In this document: positions 5,289 to 12,772 of the stretch, piece by piece
Layout of the letters: each line of letters opens with the position of its first letter
Position numbering within the stretch: position 1 is the stretch's first letter
NCBI GenBank assembly: GCA_019358915.1
Contig: JAHHIM010000061.1
Span: 1 to 14,502 of the forward strand
Source: Trichormus sp. ATA11-4-KO1
GTDB lineage: Bacteria; Cyanobacteriota; Cyanobacteriia; Cyanobacteriales; Nostocaceae
DNA: 14,502 nucleotides
Reading direction: 5' to 3'
The notes under the pieces: model-generated
Databases searched by the model: none
The model's input: the letters and a program-made list of their open reading frames with translations, nothing else
Told to the model about the DNA's origin: nothing
Translations under genes and position numbers: made by a program

Positions 5289-7016
5289 ATGGCTTACGCT
5301 ATAGCCCGAATAAAAAAATTAAAGCGGTCAAGTTTGGGAGGAAGTGAAGCGCACACTGCAAGACAGAGAGAAACTCCTAACGCTGACCGAAGCAAACACA
5401 ACATTAGATTCATTGGTAATCAAAATGCTGATGAGACTTTAGATAATTTAGTAATCCAAAAAATTGGGGAACAGAAACGGAAGATTCGCCCTGATGCAGT
5501 GTATGCCGTAGAGATTTTACTTACTGCCAGCCCGGAGTATTTCAGACCAGACTGCCCAACACAAGCCGGATATTACGAAGTTGAAAAAGTACAATCATGG
5601 CTAACTGCATCTCAAAAATGGTTAGAGGAGAATTACACAGATCGTATTGTCCGAGCCGAACTGCACTTAGATGAAGCTACGCCCCATATTCATGCTTACT
5701 TTGTCCCCTTGGATGAGCAACGACAACTGAGAGCCAAACACTTCTTCGACGGTCGGCAGAAAATGAGGCAGTTTCAAGATTCTTATTCTGCCGCTACAGA
5801 ACATCTAGGGTTAGAACGTGGCATCAAGGGAAGTAAAGCCCAACACCAGGACATCAAAGACTTTTACAGCATAGTCAATGCTGGCATAGAACCCAACAGC
5901 AAACTCACCCAGTCCCAAATGCAAGCCAAAGCCGCCGACCGGGATAGAGCGCAAACCAGGAAACAAGAACTAGAACGCACAGCCAAAGCTTTGGCACAAG
6001 AGAATGAGCGATTACAACAGCGAATTCAAGAATTAGAAGCCTCAAAAAATCAGTGGTTACAGCAGGCTAATTTACTGCGAGAGTTGGCATTAGAAGATGT
6101 GGCATGGGAATTAGGGTTAGACCGTGACCACAGCCAAGCAAATAGATGGAAGGGTCACGGTCACATCATTAATATAGATAAATCAAAATTTTACGACTTT
6201 GCCCCTGGTTATCAAAAAGGCGGCGGCGGCGCGATTGATTTGGTAATGCACGTCAATGACTGCGATTTTAAGAAAGCGATCGCTTGGCTGCATGACCGGT
6301 TTGGAGAATCGGGAGTGATGAGGGCAGCCATAGCCAAAACTCAGACAGAAGTAATTGAGATTGCCCAACAACAACCAAGACCCCAATTTACACCCCCAGT
6401 AGCAGATGATAATCAATGGCTCTCAGTACACAACTACCTAACTAAAAAGAGAGGACTGCCTGAGTATCTGGTGTCAGCCTTATTTGAGTCAGAATTACTG
6501 TATGCTGACGAGCGAAAAAATGCTGTGTTTGGGATGCGTACTCTGACTGGGGAAGTTATGGGTGCATTTGTGCGCGGCACAGTGGGAGAGGAAAATACTT
6601 TCATGGGTTATGCCAAAGGAACAAAACGGGCTGAAAGCTGGTTTTATCTCCGGCTGGGTGGAGAAGCCAGTGATGAAATTGAGAGAGTGATTTTGTGCAA
6701 ATCTCCCATTGATACCCTGTCAGTGGCGGCATTGGATATGGAAATAAACAACGGAGAACCTGCGGAGAGAACCATGTATATGGCAGTGGATAGTCCTCAG
6801 TCCTTACCGTTAGAGTTTCTGAGAACAATCAACACAATTGGAGTGACTTTTGATAATGATGAGTTGGGGAATGAAGCGGCTATTGCTGTCAAGGAGTTGC
6901 TGCCACAGGCGCAAATAATTATGCCTGATGAATTTGATTGGAATCAGCAGCTTTTAGCCAGACTGGAACGGGAGGAATTGGAACACGAACCACGTTCTAG
7001 GGGGTTGAGGCGTTGA
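5289..7016 (+). CDS. mobV: MOBV (Mob/Pre) relaxase fused to coiled coil, DUF3991-like and Toprim-like domains (575 aa)
   Basis: MAYAIARIKKLK start, HTARQRETPNAD, EILLTASPEYF, LHLDEATPHIH (HUH), GLERG. C-terminal YLTKKRGL, KSPIDTLS, TFDNDELG. True start ATG 5289 with a G-rich SD, not the TTG at 5187. Confidence 0.92.
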   Translation: MAYAIARIKKLKRSSLGGSEAHTARQRETPNADRSKHNIRFIGNQNADETLDNLVIQKIGEQKRKIRPDAVYAVEILLTASPEYFRPDCPTQAGYYEVEKVQSWLTASQKWLEENYTDRIVRAELHLDEATPHIHAYFVPLDEQRQLRAKHFFDGRQKMRQFQDSYSAATEHLGLERGIKGSKAQHQDIKDFYSIVNAGIEPNSKLTQSQMQAKAADRDRAQTRKQELERTAKALAQENERLQQRIQELEASKNQWLQQANLLRELALEDVAWELGLDRDHSQANRWKGHGHIINIDKSKFYDFAPGYQKGGGGAIDLVMHVNDCDFKKAIAWLHDRFGESGVMRAAIAKTQTEVIEIAQQQPRPQFTPPVADDNQWLSVHNYLTKKRGLPEYLVSALFESELLYADERKNAVFGMRTLTGEVMGAFVRGTVGEENTFMGYAKGTKRAESWFYLRLGGEASDEIERVILCKSPIDTLSVAALDMEINNGEPAERTMYMAVDSPQSLPLEFLRTINTIGVTFDNDELGNEAAIAVKELLPQAQIIMPDEFDWNQQLLARLEREELEHEPRSRGLRR

Positions 7017-7033
7017 TTTAAACGCAGCTGCAC

Positions 7034-7157
7034 GAACTCGTTGCCGCTTCGCTCGAATAAGCGGTGGCTCTTACGGGCAGGAAGATATTGGTAGGGCCAA
7101 CTAGATCCACAAGCCCGCAAGAGCCACTCCGCTTCGCCGCTTATTCGCAACGAGTTC
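7034..7157. repeat. 124-bp imperfect inverted repeat (long hairpin) downstream of mobV
   Basis: GAACTCGTTG/CAACGAGTTC, CGAATAAGCGG/CCGCTTATTCG, TGGCTCTTACGGGC/GCCCGCAAGAGCCA; each arm carries a bulged CGCTTCG insert. Confidence 0.85.
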
Positions 7158-7252
7158 TTCAACTCTCACTCAGACCCTGTTAGAATAACTTCACTTCAAA
7201 AAATTCATTTTTTCGTCCCAAATGCCGTGTAAAAATGGCTGAAAAGAGAAAT

Positions 7253-7370
7253 ATGCAAAATAACCGTAGTGGGTAGGACACAAGGTACTCTTATCAAAAT
7301 TCTCATGAAAGACTTTGCTATTTCTAAGGCGAGTGTCTATCGTTACCTCAAAAAATCCGCCGCCTCTTAG
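7253..7370 (+). pseudogene. Internally deleted serine resolvase (tnpR-like) remnant
   Basis: 7275-7370 encodes RTQGTLIKILMKDFAISKASVYRYLKKSAAS*, the Hin/resolvase C-terminal HTH. 7253-7276 encodes MQNNRSG*, resembling a resolvase start (xRIGYxRVS) in another frame. Confidence 0.7.
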
Positions 7371-7380
7371 TTATAAAATC

Positions 7381-7418
7381 CCTAATCCCCCTTTTCGAGG
7401 GTTTGTACAAAAAACCCC
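7381..7418 (-). mobile_element. Tn3-family 38-bp terminal inverted repeat (outer end at 7418)
   Basis: Minus strand GGGGTTTTTTGTACAAACCCTCGAAAAGGGGGATTAGG: 38 bp, GGGG start, CGAAAA at 22-27 and TTAGG end, matching Tn3 IR spacing; adjacent to the resolvase remnant. Confidence 0.75.
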
Positions 7419-7490
7419 AAATTTTTGCCTCAGAAGATGCGGGGATAAGATTTGAATGATTATTAGCTTGGGCGATCGCAAACGCATCTA

Positions 7491-8093
7491 TTAAATTTTG
7501 TCCCGGCTCTTCTGTCTTTCCACCAATGCGGATATCAAAGCCCCACGGTCAGAGTTGACCTCTTCTAATAACCGTACTAACGCTTCCTCTACAATCACCT
7601 CTTTATAAGGAGCATTGGTTTTACCCAGTTCTAATTGGAGTGTTAGGTGCAGTTTGTCTAGCAGATGCAACACCTCTGAGTCAATTTGAAACGTAGATTT
7701 ACGACAGGTTGCTTTTTCAGATTTAACTTGTTGACTTGCTGGAAAGTCAACTTGCTTTTTGGATGGGTTGCTATCTTGCTTGCTGGTTGAATTGTTGTCT
7801 TGTGGACTTGCTATCTGGTCAGCTTCCTGACTTGTTGACTTTTTAAGGTTGTTGAAATCGGCTATATCTGGTTGACTTGTTGGCTTGTCAGCTTCCTGAA
7901 TGGTTGAATTGTTAACGTCCTGGCTTGATTTTATGTTGTCTGCCTGAATGGTTGACAATTTATCTTCCTGACTTGTTAACTTTTCATCTGGTTGACTGGT
8001 TGACTTGCTAACTTGCTCAAAACCAGCCAAGACTTTATCGGTTGAAGAGAGCGGGTCATTTTCGTCATTTAATCTAACACGTCGTTTTGCCAT
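7491..8093 (-). CDS. ParA partner, putative type Ib centromere-binding protein (disordered repeat N-terminus, RHH-like C-terminus)
   Basis: 9 bp downstream of parA; basic N-terminus MAKRRVR; S/T/Q/D-rich linker; C-terminal RKSTFQIDSEVLHLLDKL..KEVIVEEALVRLL strand-helix-helix pattern. Confidence 0.75.
   Translation of the reverse strand: MAKRRVRLNDENDPLSSTDKVLAGFEQVSKSTSQPDEKLTSQEDKLSTIQADNIKSSQDVNNSTIQEADKPTSQPDIADFNNLKKSTSQEADQIASPQDNNSTSKQDSNPSKKQVDFPASQQVKSEKATCRKSTFQIDSEVLHLLDKLHLTLQLELGKTNAPYKEVIVEEALVRLLEEVNSDRGALISALVERQKSRDKI
7723..8015 (+). repeat. Degenerate tandem 8-bp array (consensus TTGACTTG), about 35 units, inside the ParA partner gene
   Basis: For example TTAACTTG TTGACTTG (7723), CTGACTTG TTGACTTT (7827), TTGACTTG TTGGCTTG (7872), TTGACTGG TTGACTTG CTAACTTG (7992); one register break at about 7843-7871. 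Confidence 0.8.
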
Positions 8094-8102
8094 AGGTTTT
8101 TA

Positions 8103-8849
8103 CTAATTAGATTGCTGAATTAAGTTTGCGATCGCCCGATAGGGATGCACTAATTTTTTGTCGTTGCTATATATATGGATGGGTTCCCCAGCTAAGTTGG
8201 ACTCGGAAAACTTGATGGACTTGGGAACTGGGTCAAATATGCGAATATCTTGCAGTCGTTTTTTTAGAGAATCCAAGACATCTTGAGTCATCACAGTGTT
8301 TTCAGCCATTGTTGGCAGTACCCCCAATATTCGTAGTTGGGGATTGAGGCGTTTTTGCACGCTGGCTACTGTTTCCAATAGTGCCGCTAGTCCTTTGAGG
8401 GCAAAAAATTGACACTGCACTGGAATTAAGACTGCATCCGCAGCTGCTAAGGCATTGACCGTTAACAGTCCCAAAGAAGGGGGACAATCAATCAAGATGT
8501 GCTGGTATTGGTTGAGTACGGGAGCCAGTTTCTCTTTGAGGATGTAAAAGTTACCTACCTTGATGAGAATTTCGGTTTCTCCCTTCGCAAGGTTAATGTC
8601 AGCAGGTAATAGGCTAAGTCCAAATTTAGTATCAACTACAGCATCAATGACTTCTGCTTGTTCTGTAATTACGTCGTAGCAGCTGATCTGGTCGTCAGCC
8701 ACTTCTATCCCTAAACCCGTGGTCAGGTTGCCTTGGGGGTCAAGGTCAATTGCGAGGACAGTACTCTTATGAGCTAGGATTCCCCCTAGACAGATGGTGG
8801 AGGTAGTTTTTGCTACGCCTCCTTTTTGGTTTGCCAAGGCGATGATCAT
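8103..8849 (-). CDS. parA: ParA/Soj family partition ATPase (248 aa, no N-terminal HTH)
   Basis: IIALANQKGGVAKTT (deviant Walker A), AIDLDPQGN, ILIDCPPSLG, VLIPVQC. Likely start ATG 8849 rather than 8906. Confidence 0.95.
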   Translation of the reverse strand: MIIALANQKGGVAKTTSTICLGGILAHKSTVLAIDLDPQGNLTTGLGIEVADDQISCYDVITEQAEVIDAVVDTKFGLSLLPADINLAKGETEILIKVGNFYILKEKLAPVLNQYQHILIDCPPSLGLLTVNALAAADAVLIPVQCQFFALKGLAALLETVASVQKRLNPQLRILGVLPTMAENTVMTQDVLDSLKKRLQDIRIFDPVPKSIKFSESNLAGEPIHIYSNDKKLVHPYRAIANLIQQSN

Positions 8850-8887
8850 TGAATTTTCAAGTAGCCTTTTGCACATTAGCTTACTGG

Positions 8888-8975
8888 CAAGTTGTAAATA
8901 TGGCAATATAGCAAGTCAGGTTGACAACCAGTTAACTGTCTGGCAAGCTGTAAAGTCAACAAGTTGGGAAGTTAC
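8888..8975. promoter_or_regulatory. Putative parS/operator: eleven phased 8-bp units (consensus CAAGTYRR) over the parA promoter
   Basis: CAAGTTGT AAATATGG CAATATAG CAAGTCAG GTTGACAA CCAGTTAA CTGTCTGG CAAGCTGT AAAGTCAA CAAGTTGG GAAGTTAC. An extended -10-like TGCTATATT lies on the minus strand at 8913-8905. Confidence 0.6.
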
Positions 8976-9045
8976 AGTTATTTTGCTGTTACTTTGGTAG
9001 GCGATCGCATCTACAGACTTAACAGTGCTGTGCCTTTTGGTTTCA

Positions 9046-9077
9046 ATGAGTAGAGGAACAAACGTTTCTCTACTCAT
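9046..9077. other. 14-bp stem hairpin between the divergent par and defence operons
   Basis: ATGAGTAGAGGAAC-AAAC-GTTTCTCTACTCAT, with one G.T pair. Confidence 0.6.
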
Positions 9078-9195
9078 CCTCTTAAAAAAATCTCTAAACG
9101 TTGAGTGTACGGTATAAAAAGATAGTTACTGCTCCCTACCAACATAGGAGATAGCAGCTTATTATCGAAACACAAGCAAACACGCGAGATAGCTG

Positions 9196-12100
9196 ATGGT
9201 AGAGCAACTGATTGGAAAAAGGATTCAAATTCCAGGACAGTTTACTGGTGCTGTAACTGTTGAGCGGTTTGATGTTGTTGATGACACATTACTGCTGACG
9301 GTTCGTACCCAAGAAGGGGAGTTACGGGAAGCAATTTTGAGTAATTTGGAACTGTCGGAAATTCTCGCCGCACAACAGCAAACATCAGTTGCAACGGTTG
9401 ACGGTAATGGATTTTTCTTGTTTATTGAGTCAGCACGGATCAAAACGGCCTTTGCTTATGATCCGCATTTTGCTGTTAGTCTCAGTGGTGTACGTCCTCT
9501 ACCCCACCAGATAGAAGCAGTCTACGAGAGAATTTTACCCCAGGTGCGGCTGCGGTTTTTGCTTGCTGATGACCCAGGCGCGGGTAAAACTATTATGGCG
9601 GGGTTATTGTTAAAGGAATTAAAATTACGAAATGCCATTGACCGGGTGTTAATTCTCGCACCAGCACCGTTAACGATACAATGGCAGGATGAATTACGTA
9701 GTAAGTTTTCGGAAACTTTTGAAGTTGTTAATTCAAATCTGGCAAAAAATCAGTTAGCTGGTAATCCTTGGGACAGGTTTCGTCAGTGTATTGCTTCCAT
9801 TGATTTTGCTAAACGCGAGGATGTTATTCCTGGTATTTTACAAGTTGATTGGGATTTAGTAATTATTGATGAGGCGCATAAGTGTTCCGCACGTACCCAA
9901 GGAGATGATTTACGCCGGACTGGACGCTATAAATTAGCAGAAGAATTATCAAAAATTACCGAGAGAATTTTACTATTAACGGCTACGCCCCACCAAGGGG
10001 ATGTCAATCAGTTTCATAATTTTTTACGCCTACTTGACCCAGAACAATTTATTTCAGATGAAATAAATCCCCAGTTACTAAAATTAGATGATAGCCCTTG
10101 GTTTTTGCGACGCATTAAAGAGGAATTAAGAGATTTTCAAGGGCGGAAATTATTTAAAGAGAGAATTGCTAGAACTATACCATTTACTCTCTCTGCTGCC
10201 GAGCATCATTTGTATGAGGAAATTACTAAGTATATTAATAAATATTTAGGTCAAACTAAAGGACGCAAGCAAGCTGCTGTGGCATTAGCTAGAACGGTTT
10301 TGCAACGGCGTTTGGCTAGTAGTTTGAAAGCAATTTTTAATTCTTTGGAGAGACGTAAGGTGCGATTTGCACAACTTGTAGAAGAGTTGGATAAACTATC
10401 ACCTCAAGAACAAAGACAGCGTTTAATAAATTTGGGTAAAGTTGTTGACCCAGAGGTGGAAAGCGATGATTGCGAAGAAGAACAATTAGAAGAATTAGCA
10501 ATTGAATCTACAGTTGCAGAACAAGTAGACCAACTACGGGAAGAGTTACGGGAATTAAACAGATTAGTTAAACTGACTGACCAAGTAATTCAAATTGGCA
10601 CAGAGACTAAGTTGTATCGACTCAAAGAATGTTTGTCAAGGGCGGAATTTGACGAATTACAAGATGGTCGAGGTAAGTTATTAATTTTTACTGAGCATAG
10701 AGATACTTTGGAATATCTCAAGAAAAATTTAACCGAATGGGGTTATAGTACCTGCGAAATTCATGGGGGAATGAATGTTTTAGCGAGAAAAAATGCTCAG
10801 AAAGATTTTCAATTTCATCGACAAATTTGTTTGGCGACGGAAGCAGCAGGTGAAGGAATTAATTTGCAATTCTGTCGGCTGATGATTAATTATGACCTCC
10901 CCTGGAACCCCAACCGTTTAGAACAACGCATGGGAAGAATCCACCGCATTGGTCAAGAAAATAATGTTTATATTTTTAATTTTGTGGCACTGAACACTGT
11001 CGAAGGTCGAGTGTTAGATAAGTTGTTTACCAAGTTAGAAGAAATCCGTAATGCAATGGGCGATCGCGTCTTTGATGTCATTGGTCAATTATTACAATTA
11101 AATGATATCCGGTTTGAGGAATTGGTCAGAGAAGCAACTTATACTAAAGCCAATGAAGATGAGGTTTTAGAACAAATAGAACGTCTTGACCCTAAACTTT
11201 TAGAAAAATTAGAACAAGCTACAGGTGTGGCTTTAGCAACTTCCCATGTGGATTTAACGCAGATTCGCCGCACCCAAAGTCAAGATTATGTATCTGAAGA
11301 ACAGCGTTTGATGCCCCGTTATGTAGAAGAATTCTTTAAACGCACCTGTGAATTTATGCGTGTCAATTTAGATAACCGTGCGGATGGTTTGTGGCGGGTA
11401 AGTTATGTCAAAGAAGAATTTCGCTCGAATAATTTAGAAGCAGTACGCAGATTAGGAACACCAGAGAAAGAATATCTCAAACTGACATTTTATAAAGAAC
11501 ATTTAGCAGCAGCAGTTCATCAAGATGCGGATTTATTATCACCAGGACATCCATTGTTTGCCGCAATTATTGAACGTTTGGATATGCAATTGTGGGAGAA
11601 AATAGCCCAAAATTCCGCCGTATTTATCGATGCTGATACCCAACAACCCTACCGGATTCACTTTTTTGAAGTCCAGGTAGCTGGTGTGGGGCGACAAGCA
11701 AAGGATACCGTTCTCAAAGCACGGTTATGTGCTGTTGCTGAAAAATCTACAGGGGAACTGGCGTTGATTTCGCCCGATTGTCTCCATGATTTAGCCCCTG
11801 CCCAATCATACCCTGACTTGGCAATTTATCCCCCTACTCCCCAGGAACAACAAAAAGTTGAAAACTGGTTGAAGGTGAAGGTGCAACGACCTTTAATGGA
11901 CACAGAAAGGACGCAACGCCAAAGAGAATTACAAATCCGCCAAGATTATTTACAAAAGGCGATGGAATCTGCCATTAAAGAAGCCCAACGCACCCAGATG
12001 AAGTTAGCAGCCAAGGTAGCTGGGGGTGACGAAACCTACCGCGTAGCCAGGGACAATGCCCATAACAAGGTACGAGATTTGCAGGAACGATATAAAAATA

Positions 12101-12624
12101 AACAAAATGAGTTGGATTATCTGAAAATTATCCGTCCTGGACGTGTAGCATATTTAGGAACTGCCCTAGTACATCCCGCACCTGTAGAAGTATCCAACTA
12201 TCCGGGGATGCAAAACGACCCAGAGGTGGAAGCCTTTGCTATGCAGTATGTGATGGACTACGAACGCCAGCGTGGTTGGGAACCGGAGGATGTGAGCAAA
12301 AAACAGGATGGTAGTGGTTTTGACATTCGTAGTGTGGGACAAGTAGATGAGAAGACGGAAATAGCACCCGTGCGGCGAATTGAGGTGAAAGGACGATCGC
12401 AGTCCAACCTGGAAGTTTCCTTGACAGTTAACGAGTGGCGAAAAGCACAGCAGCTTGGGGAATCTTACTGGCTGTATGTGGTTTGGGGATGTAAGACGGA
12501 TAATCCGCAGTTGTTGACGATCCAAAATCCAGCTAAGGTATTGGCGGGGGATGCGAAGGAAATTAAGCAAGTAACGCGGTATATTGTGGGGGCTGCGGCC
12601 TTGCAGCAAAATGCAGTAAGTTAA
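9196..12624 (+). CDS. SNF2-family helicase with C-terminal DUF3883 (PD-(D/E)xK) nuclease domain; defence-system component
   Basis: Motifs LLADDPGAGKT, DEAH, LTATP, LIFTE, ATEAAGEGINLQ, EQRMGRIHRIGQ; C-terminal GFDIRS..IEVKGR..NEW..YWLYVV. Confidence 0.93.
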   Translation: MVEQLIGKRIQIPGQFTGAVTVERFDVVDDTLLLTVRTQEGELREAILSNLELSEILAAQQQTSVATVDGNGFFLFIESARIKTAFAYDPHFAVSLSGVRPLPHQIEAVYERILPQVRLRFLLADDPGAGKTIMAGLLLKELKLRNAIDRVLILAPAPLTIQWQDELRSKFSETFEVVNSNLAKNQLAGNPWDRFRQCIASIDFAKREDVIPGILQVDWDLVIIDEAHKCSARTQGDDLRRTGRYKLAEELSKITERILLLTATPHQGDVNQFHNFLRLLDPEQFISDEINPQLLKLDDSPWFLRRIKEELRDFQGRKLFKERIARTIPFTLSAAEHHLYEEITKYINKYLGQTKGRKQAAVALARTVLQRRLASSLKAIFNSLERRKVRFAQLVEELDKLSPQEQRQRLINLGKVVDPEVESDDCEEEQLEELAIESTVAEQVDQLREELRELNRLVKLTDQVIQIGTETKLYRLKECLSRAEFDELQDGRGKLLIFTEHRDTLEYLKKNLTEWGYSTCEIHGGMNVLARKNAQKDFQFHRQICLATEAAGEGINLQFCRLMINYDLPWNPNRLEQRMGRIHRIGQENNVYIFNFVALNTVEGRVLDKLFTKLEEIRNAMGDRVFDVIGQLLQLNDIRFEELVREATYTKANEDEVLEQIERLDPKLLEKLEQATGVALATSHVDLTQIRRTQSQDYVSEEQRLMPRYVEEFFKRTCEFMRVNLDNRADGLWRVSYVKEEFRSNNLEAVRRLGTPEKEYLKLTFYKEHLAAAVHQDADLLSPGHPLFAAIIERLDMQLWEKIAQNSAVFIDADTQQPYRIHFFEVQVAGVGRQAKDTVLKARLCAVAEKSTGELALISPDCLHDLAPAQSYPDLAIYPPTPQEQQKVENWLKVKVQRPLMDTERTQRQRELQIRQDYLQKAMESAIKEAQRTQMKLAAKVAGGDETYRVARDNAHNKVRDLQERYKNKQNELDYLKIIRPGRVAYLGTALVHPAPVEVSNYPGMQNDPEVEAFAMQYVMDYERQRGWEPEDVSKKQDGSGFDIRSVGQVDEKTEIAPVRRIEVKGRSQSNLEVSLTVNEWRKAQQLGESYWLYVVWGCKTDNPQLLTIQNPAKVLAGDAKEIKQVTRYIVGAAALQQNAVS

Positions 12625-12688
12625 TATGTTATCCCTTTTTATTGGGGTATGAAAATGGATATAGGTTTGCAGACTTTGGTAAAAGTTC

Positions 12689-12744
12689 TGTGGACTTCAG
12701 TCCTCATATACTTATAAAAAAGATAAAAACTTTAGTCCTAAATA
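12689..12744. repeat. Degenerate REP-like / small dispersed palindromes
   Basis: TGTGGACT-TC-AGTCCTCA (12689-12706) and a decayed copy AAAACTTTAGTCCT (12726-12739). Confidence 0.35.
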
Positions 12745-12772
12745 CAAAAATTTACTCAATAGCAATAAACTA

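Noticed and set aside
6183..7162. Minus-strand ORFs 6183-6416, 6601-6828 and 6944-7162
   Set aside because: Antisense to mobV or spanning the long hairpin; no motifs.
7491..8849. McdAB carboxysome-positioning pair
   Set aside because: Plasmid context, DNA repeat arrays and an RHH-like partner C-terminus indicate DNA partition; no carboxysome genes are nearby.
8850..8906. N-terminal extension of ParA
   Set aside because: It overlaps the promoter/repeat array, and MIIALANQKGG is the usual start of short ParA proteins.
8302..9443. ORFs 8302-8487, 8794-9000 and 9225-9443
   Set aside because: Overlap parA, its repeat array or the helicase in other frames or strands; no coding signal.
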